From Carcharhinus amblyrhynchos (lineage: Eukaryota): a stretch of DNA of 64,000 bases. Of this stretch, positions 1 through 12,380 are shown piece by piece. Location: contig OZ336872.1 in NCBI GenBank assembly GCA_965287045.1, positions 46,066,001 through 46,130,000 of the forward strand, written 5' to 3'. The notes below the pieces were generated by a model, which did no database searches, was not told the origin of the DNA, and worked only from the letters and a program-made list of their open reading frames with translations. Made by a program: the position numbers and the translations under genes. How positions within the stretch are numbered: position 1 is the stretch's first letter; every line of letters begins with the position of its first letter.

Positions 1-175
1 TGAATGTCTTGAACACATCAGGCAATTCCAAATAAACCTGCTCAAGAGCAAATTAAACTAACAAAATTGCACTTTTTAAAAACATTTTGTAAAAGGGAAA
101 AAAGATAGCATTATTCAACAGAAATGATGGATATTTTGCCATGCACAGATCAAAAGTATTAATGAGATATTTTAC

Positions 176-230
176 CTGCAAGGCAGCCAATGAATGATTG
201 TAGTAACAGTAGTTTCCATAGCAACATCAT
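176..230 (-). CDS. CNTN4: First coding exon portion (55 nt, signal peptide) of a contactin-3/4/6 family gene, most similar to contactin-4
   Basis: Reverse complement reads gaagATG ATG TTG CTA TGG AAA CTA CTG TTA CTA CAA TCA TTC ATT GGC TGC CTT GCA G|gtaaaa = MMLLWKLLLLQSFIGCLA + phase-1 donor. Resembles, from memory, human CNTN4 MRLPWELLVLQSFILCLAD and CNTN3 MMFPWKQLILLSFIGCLGG. A at -3 and an in-frame TGA 13 codons upstream. Paralog assignment is uncertain. Confidence 0.85.
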
Positions 231-311
231 CTTCAGTTGCCAAGGGCAAATAGGCCTCCCGTACAATCAGCAGTTAATAGAAGACTTCCTTTTCAAGCTA
301 CAATCTCTAAT
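231..311 (-). other. 5'UTR part of the same contactin exon (whole exon 311->176, 136 nt)
   Basis: Polypyrimidine acceptor ttctttttcaaattggcttttcccacag|attagag on the minus strand (AG at 313-312); no upstream ATG in the 81-nt UTR. Confidence 0.75.
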
Positions 312-1647
312 CTGTGGGAAAAGCCAATTTGAAAAAGAATTAAGAGCAAGCATCGAGTGTTCTGCCTACCATCAGAATGCACCAATGACATTGGCATTTT
401 GTTTGGCTGATCCAGCTAAAAGCAATTGATTTGGTGATTAATAAATGATGCAATTATCTATTCAGGTTGAATAATCAAAAGCACAGCACCCAAGCATGTT
501 GTGAAACGAATGGCAGACGGTTCTGTTTCTCTTGTAAACATGATCCCCTGTACAAGCAACGAGGGCAAGAGCTCAACAATTGAGTCATGTACAGATGTTA
601 ACAATAAAGAAACTCTCCAGAGCAAAAAGGTGAAGATACTGTGTTCTGCACTGAAGCAGACAACTTACTTCATCAGCTCATGACAATCAGAAATGCTGAC
701 CACACAAAAAAATTATAAAGACCTCAAGTGATTGACCTTGGCCTGTTAATAATTCATTTCAAAAAGAAAATGTCATTGTTTTCGCCTCAAATATATTTTG
801 CTTTAGTTGTCACAGCTAAACAAACCATAAAATTATCTGACCAATTTTCTATCTGTTTTTATTGAGCAACGGGGTGGTAATGGGTGAAAGTACTCTTCAA
901 CTTTTAAAACAAATCACTGCTAATGAAGCACGCTTCACAAATGTACAGCAGGAATCGTTTTTTTTATCTCTAAACATGAGCAAAGTTGAAGCACCACGTA
1001 CTACCCAACAGATTACAAAACATTTTCAAACTAACTAGAAGAGAGAAGACAATTTTAAAATAGAAAAGGATTCACATTAACTTTAAAATTTCTTCTTATT
1101 TATTTGTTGTACAATTGTAGATTAGTATGGCTGATATTGATTAAAAGAGTAAGTTTTGATTAGATCATTGGTGGGCACATGGCAGAGTTACTGAGCTCAG
1201 CTGCGCAAGGGGACATTGCAATCGAAACTGAAGCATCATATGTTAATAACATTCAATTCCACAGGTGTGAGTTCAGCTTCTCTAATTTATGGAGTTAGGG
1301 AAAAAATGAATGCGTTTTCCATTTGTTTTATTAAATTAATATTCATATAAAATCTCGACTATGTTCAGCTCCAGACATAACTTACTAAGTGTGATATTAT
1401 TTTCCCTTTTTGTTCCCTATTCATGATTTGAAATAAATGCAAATGCTTTCTTCTGACAATAATTCCCAAGAATCATTCAAGATGATAATTTATGGCTCTT
1501 TGTCACTTCTAATTATGCTATAGATAAACAATGTTGCATAAATTTAACTTTCAAATATGTTCATTTAAATAATGGGATATTTTGTCCAATTTCTATATGT
1601 TGTATGATTCAACTAACAGGCAATATATGAATCAGAAATAAGACTAC

Positions 1648-1847
1648 AGCTGGAATTCTCCAGCTGTTCATGCCAGCGGGAATCTTTGGCCCCACCAGCA
1701 GTACACCCCTGCCCATAGGTTTCACAGTGACATGGGGTGACATCAATGGGAATTCCACTGATAGTGGTGGGACCAGAGAATCTCATCACTAGCAAGGAGC
1801 ACACCGCCTCCCACCGCCAGGAAACATGTAGCTGGAGAATCTCACCC
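1648..1847. mobile_element. Non-autonomous Harbinger-type MITE
   Basis: Imperfect terminal inverted repeats agctggaattctcc ... ggagaatctcaccc; internal similarity to 17003-17211. Confidence 0.6.
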
Positions 1848-3149
1848 TGTATTTTATACAAACTCAAACCATAACTGTTTCAAATTGAATTTAGAAGGAA
1901 CCGCTGAAATACACATTTAATCACACAGCAAACTGTGCAACGGTGTTGCTGCCGTGGTGTGTTGTCAAATATGAAACATCAGTTTCACCCACTGGAGTTA
2001 TGCATGGATTTTTTTTAGAAAGGTAATTTCAACTGTTAAAACATGGGGTACAATTTTTCCAAAATTGCAGACTGTTAGGTCAGGCAAGAAAAGCTGTGTG
2101 AAACTCACTGGCTTCACAGCCGGCTTTTCTTGCCTAATTTAACAGTACTTTGTGCAATTTCAAAATGCTAGAGAGGATCACATAGCCAGCTGGAGGGGCA
2201 AGACCAAAACAGGGCAACAATACCAGGATTGTAAAGGGCGCACCAATCTCAAAGTTTAAGTACAGCAACTCTCCACTCTCAAACATCAACCCGACTGCTT
2301 CCTCCATCCCCATCCCCCCGGGGGCTAAGGGGGACACCACCAAACCCCCACATGCAGAAGGGAATTCCTTCCCAATGAAGGAAGTAACCCTGATATCAGT
2401 GGCCCCATGCTGGTGTGACATCATGCCACTGGGAGGGGAGGATACATTATGAGTTGAATCCCTTTCAATAATACATTAAAATATCATAATGTGACTGACA
2501 AGGGGTGGGGATGGTCTCAAATTGAGATCTTGCTGGCCCACACCCTGTTTTTGGCTGCTCGAGATTTAGTGACCACTACGGGATTTGAACCTTTGACTCA
2601 CAGGCCGACCAAGTCACTGACTTAAGATGGCTGTCACAGGTCATCTGATATTTGGTACTGCATGCTGGTTAAGTTTCTGGAAGACTCTCAAAGTGGATTA
2701 CACTGAAAATTCAAGGTTATTTTACTCCATCCCTTGTTAAAATAGAACCCTGAACAGCAAGAACCGTAAAACCTTAGACATTCTGTCTCTAGGACTCATG
2801 AAACTAATTATGTACAAGGAAAGTGTTCAGGACCACTTTTTATCTCTATTGTATATATCAATATTTTGACCATGGGAGGTGGAACCTCTTATTAGCAGCA
2901 ACAGATTATTGATTATTATTCATTGGATATCAATGGCCAGTCAAAACCCTGATATTTTTTAAAGTATTATAAAATCCTGCTGGCTTTGTGTCAATCTAGG
3001 GAAGGTACATCTGAAGCATCAAAACATTATTAGCTCTCTCTCTCACTCAAATAAGTTGGATGTTGTCTGCTTATATCATACAGTGGATAGCAGACAAAGT
3101 AATTGCAAAGAAGACTTAGACTTCAAGTTCCAAAGCAAAGGGAGAAGAG

Positions 3150-4707
3150 GGCCATCTTCTTTCCCCAAATCGATCGACAGCCCAGGGGTCAGGATGGCAA
3201 TGCCTGGGAAGCAGTGCCAGTGAGTGCTTGGGCATTGACATGGAGGACTGGTGCCCAGTGCTGAAACAACGTGAATGACCTTGATGGGGCAGCAAGACTC
3301 AATGTACATCCAATTCTGGCATCAATCCCATCTGCCGCACTGGAATGTCCACATTGATCCATTCCCTGACACTCCATGGCCTCCCAGCACCTGACCTCTT
3401 AGCACATGCCTCCAAGCCCTCTGTCACCTGTCACAGCCTATCTGCTGAAGCACAGCGTACTCCACCCAATTACCCTCACTCCAAACTCCCTGTTCATTTT
3501 CAGCCATCGGACTTTCAATCCTCCCTGTTGTTCCCACAGGAGAAGATGGCCTACACAGGAGGGAGTGGGAGAAAACTGGACGTGGGGTCCCTGAGCTGTG
3601 TCTCCTGACTCTGTTTGAGGGGCATGCCATGGAGATGTTAGGGGAAGCCAAGGAAAGAGCCATGACCTACAGTCAAGTTGTCATGCGCCACAGAAGTGAG
3701 GAGCTACAAAACCTTCACTCATTTGAACTTAATCAACAAAGTTGCAATATGCCTAGATACTTGTCTCTCTTTTGCATTGTGTATTGTTTTACAGGAGGTG
3801 GGACCGATGAGGCCAGGTCATCAGGAGTAGGCATTCCCCCTGCAGGCCCTGCTGAGACCCCTGTCAATACATTGGAGAAGGCTCAGAAAACTTCAGAAGA
3901 AAGTACTAAATAGTTGACACGTGCAAACTACGTGGGACATGATAGCAGTGGAAGTGGGAATGTTCGAGTGAACAGGTACTCAGAGGGTTGCTGGGATCAG
4001 TTCTCCAGAAGCTGCTGAGAATGCAGGGGCAGGGCCAGAGATTTCAGGAGGTGCTGGCAGCAACATTCTTACAACAGTGAAGCTGTTTGGAGGAGTCCCA
4101 ACAGTCTTCAAGCACAAGGGATGGTGCCAGCATTGCATGGCACCCAGCTCAACACTGCAAAGTTGGCGACAGTGGTGGAAAGCCTGGGACAAGAAATGAT
4201 CGCCATGGGTGGCAGGATCAAGGGCATGGCTGATTCTCAGGGGACCATGGCTGGAAGTCTCAGGAGCATGCTGAAGACACAGCAGGCCATGGCTGTGGGC
4301 TATGAGAGTACAGCCCAATCTCAGAGAATACTTGCTAAGAAGCTTCAGAGCTTTGCTCAGACTCAGAGGCTATCACTGATGGCTCACACACCATGGAGTA
4401 GACACGGATGCGGCTCCAGAACTGGCAGAGCCAGGTGACACAGAGGCTTCAGGCATTCAGTGTCCAGGGCCCAATGAACACCCCAATGGAAGAGATAGTA
4501 CTGGAACCCATGCTGGGGCCATACATGCAGCAGACTCCCGCTATCCCCAACCCTTCTGAATCTCCCTTTCCTGACACCAGTGCAACCCACTGGCAGCAGA
4601 CTGAACAGTGGGGCACAGTTACATACCTGATACCCAAAAGTTGTACGGAGCCCTCCAAATTCCAGCCCCCAGGGGCATCACACACCGTGGGGCATGGACA
4701 CAGCTGA
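3150..4707 (+). pseudogene. Harbinger Myb/SANT-like DNA-binding protein gene, decayed, intron-containing
   Basis: From 3202 reads AWEAV..SAWALTWRTGAQC*NNVNDL (trihelix W...RT..QC...NDL motif, with a frameshift). After acceptor ttcccacag|3540 reads EKMAY..REWEKTGRGVPELCLLTLFE. Another acceptor tgttttacag|3795 and a coiled-coil-like ORF 4121-4438 follow. Confidence 0.7.
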
Positions 4708-4871
4708 CTGCCTCCACCTCTGATGTGCATCCTTGGCGGGGGTGCATTTAGACATAGCGCTAGGCCACATGAGGTTGCAGGGTCACCAAGAGGCAAGGGT
4801 GAAAGCATGCAATAGTTATGGTTTCGGTAATTTGCAATTTTATTGCACACCACAGCTGTGACTAATATGTC

Positions 4872-5381
4872 TGTGATACACCTCCTATAGGAAAGGCCAT
4901 ACCCCAACCAAAGGCATAGAAATGTGGAGCTTCATTCTGTGTGAAAGATGTCCTTCTTCCCACTGAGTCTGCAATTCCCCATTCCCAGCACTTGTGTCAA
5001 ACTCCTGACTGCAATTGTATACAAACTCTCAGCTAAAAATGTAGTTAGGGTTGCAAAGTCACCGGTCCGCACCACTGATGGAGGCCTCAGCGCCTTGAGC
5101 TTCCCTGCTCCAGTCCCCGTGTAATAAATCCACCGAGGTAAAAATCCCGTCACAAAGTTACTTTCTTTGCACCTTACATCTGCTCTCCAGTTGCTCCCTG
5201 TTGAGTGCAGGCTGGGAGTCTGACACACCTGCTTTAAATAGGGAGCATGAGGCTCCCTGATTTAACCATCAATTAGGACTCATCGGGTAGTTCTTTTCAT
5301 GAGCCAAACGAATAGAACCAACTCAAATTAACTTAGGGAAGACTCATCAGATATCTCTTTTATAAGGGAAGACACATCACT
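4872..5381. mobile_element. Possible solo LTR inserted between the two Harbinger genes
   Basis: ~510-bp block beginning tgtgat and ending atcact (short terminal inverted match), with TATA-like tttaaata and aataaa; no clear TSD. Confidence 0.3.
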
Positions 5382-5847
5382 CTAGCAAGCCAACCTTATT
5401 AGCCTGGCTGAAATCATCACACCCCACCAACCATGCATCACCTTCACACCCCCCATCCCCCAAAGCATCCCCAGCAATGGGGGCTACTTAAGCACAGCTT
5501 TGAGTAGAATCCTCATCATCCCTCAGACCCTAGGACCAACCCCGCCAACACCATGCCACTCCATCCCAGCCCCCATCCCGTGAGGCATTGGACTAGACAA
5601 TGGTGCCCCTAAGACATGGTCCTGGGTACCAAGTGCAGTCAAAAAACAGATAGCAGTCAAGGCAACATCACATTATGCTGCAAAGCAAGTCATTATCACC
5701 TTCCTGCCTAGACAGAGAACTCGTTAACATGGCCAACCCAGGCCCATCACCCTGGTGTGATGTCAGAGGGATCTATGGTGGAGAGTATGGATAAGGGGTT
5801 AGAGGGTAGGGGTTTGGGGTGAGGGAAGGAGTTGCTGTAGTCCATGC

Positions 5848-7592
5848 CTACAGGTGAGTGAATCTTGCTACGATGAGAGCCTCCCTTGCCATTGTGTCCT
5901 GTTGGATCCTTGCTGCTGTCTCTCTGTTCTTTGGCTCCTCCTGGGCCTCCTCCTCCTCAGCATTATCTGCCTCATCCCCCTCTTCCCTCTCTTCCAGGCT
6001 GGCTACCCAATGATGCGCCAGACTGTGGAGTGCACAGTAGGCCACAATGATGTGGGAGACCCACAGGGGGCTGCACTGTTAAGTGCCACCAGAGAATTTC
6101 AGGCAGCGGAACCATATCGTCAAGAGCCCAATGACGGACCAGGTGGCATTGTGGGTCTTATATAGCAGGTCTCCACATCAGTCTTAGAGGCCTCTGCATT
6201 GGTGCCATCAGCTTGGCGGATCGTCTTTGTCCCCCACAGCCATCCTGGCAGCCTTGGGTGGTCCTGAACTCCACATGATATGTCATGCATGTTCCTTGGA
6301 TGGCATGCACACACCTGCATGATGCTAGGCAGGTGGTCACACACTATCTGCACATTGAGGGAGTTGAATCCCCCTCTGATTAATGAAAGGCACCCTGCAG
6401 AGCACTGTGCACCCCATCTACAGCCCATAGGACATCCCAAAAATGGCAGCAAAACCTACAGCCCGAGCTTCCTGTTGAGCCTCGCCTACATCAAAGTGGA
6501 TGTAATTTTCTGCCTGCCTGTGTGTGCAAGGCTTTGTGAGCTCACGGATGCATTTTGTGTGCAATGTTTTGCTACAATTGTATAGGGCGATGGTGAGGTC
6601 ACATCCGGAGTACTGTGTGCAGTTTTTGTGTCCTTATCTGAGGAAGGATGTCTTTACTTTAGAGAGAGTACAGGGAAGGTTTACCAGACTGATTCCTGAG
6701 ATGGCACGTCTGTCATTTGAGGAGAGACCAAACCAGTTAGGACTATATTCACTGGCATTCAGAAGAGTGAGAGGGGATCTCACATAAACTTATAAAATTC
6801 TAACAGGGTAGATTGAGAAAGAATGTTCCCAATGGTGATGGAATCCAGAACTAGGGGTCATAGTTTGAGGATAAGACATAAACCTTTTAGAACTGAGGCA
6901 AGGAGAAATTTATTTAGCCAGAGGGTGCTGAATGTGTAGAATTCATTACCACAGAATGCAGTTGAGGCTGAAGCATTGTCTGATTTTAAGGATAAATTAG
7001 ATATAGGTCTTGGAGCTAAAGGGATCAGGGATATGGGAGGAAGGTGGGATCAGGCTATTGAATTTGATGACCAGCCAAGATCAAGATGAATGGCGGAGCA
7101 GGTTTGAAGGGCCAAATGGCCTACTACTTCTTCAAGTTTCTACATTTTTGTGTGTGCAGAGGTCTGGGAGGTATCACAGAGGTCTCCACTAGAGGTCTGG
7201 AACGATCTGGTGGCACAGAGGTTGAAGGCCACTGTGATCTTCACAGCCAGCCGGAGCAGGTGTCCTCTTGTGCCACGGGGTGCCAGGTCCATGAGATCTA
7301 GCACACATGCCGTAGTGTCTCTTTTCTGAGACAGTTTGTGGCAGCTTATTGTAGAACATGAGGGTTCTGTAACACCCTATGTCTCTATCTCCACCATCCC
7401 CTGCTCCCCCGCCCCACCGCCTTGAGCCAATAGGTGGCTGTGTCCTGGCCCCGTCCTGCTGTGGCTTCTGTCCTGGGCTGTGCATGCTGTGGCTGGACAT
7501 CTCCTTCATCTGCCATAGCAGCCACATGTATAAGTGCTAGTGCAAAATCCGTTGTTGCTGCCAAGAGAGCCCCATTGGCAATACTGAAGCAT
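5848..7592 (-). pseudogene. HARBI1-like DDE transposase remnant, split by a CR1 insertion
   Basis: Fragments TVAFNLCATRSFQTSSGDLCDTSQTSAH|KCIRELT, RGGFNSLNVQIVCDH..IMQVCACHPRNMHD (NRKGxHSLNVQ..CD...PGSxHD motif) and C-terminal CALHSLA..EEE..AREALIVARF; frameshifts and stops throughout. Confidence 0.85.
6564..7145 (+). mobile_element. 5'-truncated CR1 LINE inserted in the Harbinger transposase
   Basis: LQLYRAMVRSHPEYCVQFLCPYLRKDVFTLERVQGRFTRLIP..RRVRGDL; CR1 3'UTR ..gggccaaatggcctact; tgtgtgca duplicated at 6556-6563 and 7151-7158 (TSD). Confidence 0.9.
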
Positions 7593-8434
7593 GGACCTGT
7601 GTGTATCCACCTGGCACGCTGTTCAGGCCAAAGAAAAGCACCCTCATGACTTTTGTATGATTGGTGGCCATTGTAGTGAGCACTGCAGAATCCTAGCAGT
7701 GTGAGAAGACACGTTAATACCTACTGAGTTCCCTCGATTGGGGAAACAGATACATGTTACTGTTAATGGGGCCTGGGACGGAATGCCTGCTCAACAGACA
7801 GATGGCAGGGTGACCATGCAACACTACTGGGATTTGGACTCAACCACATATGCAATCTCTCAGGGGACGTTCAGCAGCCAGGACGATTGTGCACAACACA
7901 AGCCCCAAGCCAGTGGCAAGCCCCAACCTGAGCTCCAGACTGGCATGAGCCCCTCCAAATCCCTCACCCATGCAAGCTCCCCACCCTATCTAGCACCACA
8001 CCCAACTACTAACTCTCCGTTGCTGCTGCTGCACCTGAATCACACTTTTAAAGAGTACTAATTGTCGCCGACATGATGTCACACCAGAGAGGTGAGAAGC
8101 ATCCAGGAGGGGAGAAGTATGTGTGCCAAACTAGCTAATGTTACTGAAATCCGGTCAATAAATTTCACACCTTTTCTGGGGCACAAAGCAATTCCCTCCA
8201 TTAAAAAGAGGCTGAGTAAATAGCGAACTGTTTAGCACCAGGCGTAAATCAGATTCTTAGCTTTGCACGCTATTTTCCCAGCCTGCTGTGCAGATTGCCA
8301 GGTGTGGTGAGGTGGTAACATCACATCCCTTATGTTTAATGCACATAAACAGTCATACATGAAATTGGCATACTGATCCTTACAATTTTTTTGAAAACCC
8401 TCTTATGATCAACTGAGGTATGGGGAAAAGCGGG

Positions 8435-9405
8435 TATAGAACATAAAACATTACAGCGCAGTACAGGCCCTTCGGCCCTCGATGTTGCGCCAACCAGTGG
8501 AACCAATCTAATGGCCCTCTAACCTAAACTATTCCAATGTTGTCCATATACCTATCCACTGACCATTTGAACGCCCTTAAAGTTGGCGAGTCCACAACTG
8601 CTGGAGGCAGGGCATTCCACGACCTTACTACCCTCTGAGTAAAGAACCTACCTCTGACATCCGTCCTATAATTACCACCCCTTAATTTAAAGCTATGTCC
8701 CCTTGTGTTAGCCATCACCATCCGATGTAAAAGGCTCTCACTGTCCACCCTATCCAATCCTTTGATCATCTTGTATGCCTCAATCAGGTCACTTCGTAAC
8801 CTTCTTCTCTCCAATGAAAATAACCTCAAGTCCCTCAGCCTTTCCTCATAAGACCTTCCCACCATACCAGGCAACATCCTGGTAAACCTCCTCTGCACCC
8901 TTTCCAATGCCTCCACATCTTTCTTATAATGCGGCGACCAGAACTGTACTCAATACTCCAAGTGTGGCCACACCAGAGTTTTGCACAGTTGTAACATGAC
9001 CTCACAGCTCCGAAATTCAATCCCTCTACCAATAAAAGCTAACACACCGTATGCCTTCTTAACAACCTTATCAACCTGGGTGCCAACTTTCAGGGAGCTA
9101 TGCATATGTACTCCAAGATCTCTCTGCTCGTCAACACTACTAAGAGTCCTTCCATTAGCCCTATATTTTGTACTCCTGTTATTCTTACCAAAGTGAATCA
9201 CGTCACACTTTTCTGTATTAAACTCCATCTGCCACCTCTCGGCCCAGCTCTACAGCTTATCTATGTCCCTCTGCAAACTGTAATATCCATCCTCACTGTC
9301 TACAAATCCTCCAACTTTGGTGTCGTCAGCAAATTTACTAATCCATCCTTCTACACCCTCATTTATAAAAATGACAAACAGCAGTGGCCCGAAAACAGAT
9401 CCTTG
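8435..9405 (-). mobile_element. Relatively young 5'-truncated CR1 LINE
   Basis: Long intact frames MEFNTEKCDVIHFG..RDLGV..LVWPHLEY and LERVQRRFTRMLPG..ERRRLRSDLIEAYK; SKFADDTK motif near 9310-9335; (tgttctat)-type tail at 8435. Confidence 0.95.
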
Positions 9406-11914
9406 CACCTTTCCTTGCTTGGTTATTTACAATTTTGTTTATACTTCAACAGAAATTAATAGGAATTTCTCTGGCGTTTTATAATATAATGACTAACTGT
9501 GCAGAATCGTATTTAATCACTTCAATGACCACTTTACGTACCATTTTTTGTTTATTATATATTCATTATACAGTTTGAGTATCTCTACCATTTGAAAGCC
9601 CGTGTGCCATGACCCACAATAGCCAAGAAACATTAATTGACCATATCTACATCACACCAGTCTTCGGGCTTTTACAGGTTAAATGAAAAGAAACTAAGTT
9701 TCATGCAAAACTTATCATTTTTTATAAAACCAAACTAATGGTCAACAAATAGTCATATTATGAGCAGCGGCAATTCAATATTTTGTTTACATACCATTTA
9801 TAAATGGCAGTGGAGGAAAGGATCTCTAGTTTATTTTACTCGTCAACATAGCAAGATGCAGAAAGTTGCCTGAAGTGAAAATTTGTTTAATTTTGAACAT
9901 CAGTCAAGATATTCAAACACAAATCTCAGTTAATCGTCTGCTTATGCAGTGCTGTGACACTAGTTGGTCAACCTAACTTTGATTTATGAAGGTGCCTGAT
10001 AGAGGCGTAAATATCTATATTTTCATTATACACTCACCAATTTATGTTTTTCTGACAGACTGGACGTAGTATTAGAACATCAACACAAAACATTTTCTGT
10101 CTTTTTCTCAGGATGAATGATACAAAATCAAATTATTGGGCCACTTGGCATCACATGTTTCTTCACTTAATACATTCTCCAAGTTGAAACTTACCATTAA
10201 CAACATTGTTTACTTTGTGGGACAGCACCACATTCACCTAAAAAGGAAGACTATTAGTATGGAAATTACACACTTTTATGTAAAAAACAATTCCGCTGTG
10301 CCTCATTATTGGCTACTAATAATCATTGAATATAATCTAAATAGATCAAACATGATCAGTAATGTGCGTCTGCTGTTACTGTCCTTTCTAATTGGTTCAG
10401 TCATGATCAATACCATGAGGTTCTCTGTTTATCACCATGGAGATGACGGCCGATCATACAACAACCGAATCACCACAAACAAACTTTCCTTATTAAATTA
10501 CTGCAATCACTTTAGATTCTCCATCATAGAAGTGGACCACATTCTCCATCACATCATAACGATTAATTTCCAGGTATAACCATAAACTAAATTCAATTCA
10601 CAGCATACCAAAACCGTGTTATTTCACCTGTACAATATAGTATTGACAATTATTAACTGAAGTAATGCTCTGATATTTTTAATATGTATTGCATCCATAA
10701 ACCTAGTCATGCTGATGTCTGTCTTTGACTACTCACAACAGCTATATAATAGAGGCCAGAATCCGAACGCAGGTTTTGTGAATATGTTTACTGTCTGGTT
10801 GTAGTGAGTTTTCCTCTTCAGTCATTCCACAAAAAAATAATTCCGAATCTCTTCACAATCACCCTAGTAACACATTAGCATATCAACAGAAAGTGCATCA
10901 GTGCATTTCAGTATACAGTGAGCAATAAGCCCATGGGAACTAGCTTTTTGTTTAAATATATATTTGCCAGCAGTTCTGCCATTGCACAGAATTGTTCACC
11001 TTTTAGATACACAGGCAGTGTTGTTCAGAACAGATGTTACCATCGCGAAGTAAACATTACGGAAACATTACTGGCCTGTCTTTTTTCTTCTTAACCGATA
11101 TCATTGGACCCAATTCCAAAATAATCTTTTGGCTCATCTGGCATTTTGACACAAAATTTTTCATCCAGTTTTTAAGCAGCCACTCGTCTCTCTTCCCAAG
11201 ATGTCATTTGTTGGTGTGACACAGTTCTATATTGGAGTTCTTTATGTTGGGTTAATGAATATCAGCAGGTGTGTTAACCATGGGAACATCACACACTCAG
11301 ATTGATAACAGACAGCATAGCAAAAAGCTATGGATAAATGCCAAAGGGGCATTCAGGTCTATTTCATATAGTTGAAAATTAAATGATGGTGCATGAACCA
11401 GTTGAGCATTTGACAAATTAGGTACTGTGGAAATTATCGGCTCTGTATGCCTCCTTCCCACTCCCTACCTTGTAAGTATTTTGCAACCTCTGGTAGATTT
11501 TCTTTTATAGAATACATTTTTTCACAATTAATGTTTTTAGTGTTTTTATTAGTTATACTTTTTACAACCATCCTGTTTATAAATTATCAGATCTGTTTTC
11601 TCTATTTTACTATTTTTCCCCTATCCTGTTGTTTCCTCTCTCTTTTTTGAGCTCCCAGTACTGTTATTTCTTGTGGGTTCACGCTTCATGAATGAAATTG
11701 AGTTTGAGATAAAGAATTTAACCACGTGGATATCGAGTACAAATTATCATTCTATTCTCAATAGCAGGAGCAAAGCACTTTAATGCATCAATGTGGCTAA
11801 TCTTAACTCTGGCACCATGTCCTCCCTGTGGCTGCATGATCTCCAAGGGATGATCCGGTTTCTATGGATTGAATTGTCCATGGCAAAGAAGCGGGGTTAC
11901 AGTGATAGGACTCA

Positions 11915-11978
11915 GAAAGCTGGTGCAGACCTGATGGGCTGAATGGTCTCCTTCCGCACCATAGGGATTCTATGATTT
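11915..11978 (+). mobile_element. CR1/HE1 3'-tail fragment
   Basis: gctggtgcagacctgatgggctgaatggtctccttccgcaccatagggattctatgatt matches the SINE/LINE tails elsewhere in the window. Confidence 0.6.
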
Positions 11979-12304
11979 GGTACAATTTTATCATGTAAAA
12001 GTTAAGCTGAAGATTAAACAATGAAACCATGAATCAGAGTGCTAATTACAGCATCTGGAAGGAAACTTGTACGATTGATTTCTGCTAAATAAATTGTAGT
12101 AAAATTGGAACACTTAATAAAGCCAGCAGAGGTCTTCTGAAAATAAAAATGTCTGCATTGGTGATTTTAAATGCAAATGCACTTTAAAAATATTGTTACT
12201 TTTGGTTGATTGGATAAATCAGCTGGTTTGATATCCCAAGTGGTTCATACATCTGTAAAGAAAATAATTTTGCGGGAGAACAGCCTTTGTAATTAGCAGT
12301 CATC

Positions 12305-12380
12305 AGAACATAGAACAGAAGTAGCCCATTCAGCCCACTGAGCTTGTTCCTCCATGCAACAAGATCATGATTGATCATCC
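12305..12380 (-). mobile_element. CR1 3'-tail fragment
   Basis: agaacatagaacagaagtagcccattcagcccactgagc is the reverse CR1 tail. Confidence 0.55.

Larger units (their letters stand above)
2045..8329. mobile_element. Decayed two-gene PIF/Harbinger DNA transposon (Myb-like gene +, transposase -) with nested insertions
   Basis: GC-richer block bounded by ggggtacaatttttcc and ggtaacatcacatccc (degenerate TIRs); contains both Myb/SANT and HARBI1-like remnants. Boundaries approximate. Confidence 0.7.

Noticed and set aside
190-429. 79-aa plus-strand ORF
   Set aside because: Antisense shadow of the real minus-strand contactin exon; no recognisable protein.
10136-10579. 147-aa plus-strand ORF rich in H/I/N
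   Set aside because: Non-ATG start; composition typical of an antisense or AT-rich frame; no domain recognised.
10725-10790. Minus-strand peptide NLRSDSGLYYIAV resembling an Ig-domain DxGxYxC motif
   Set aside because: Lacks the cysteine, is flanked by stops, has no splice context and lies upstream of the signal-peptide exon.
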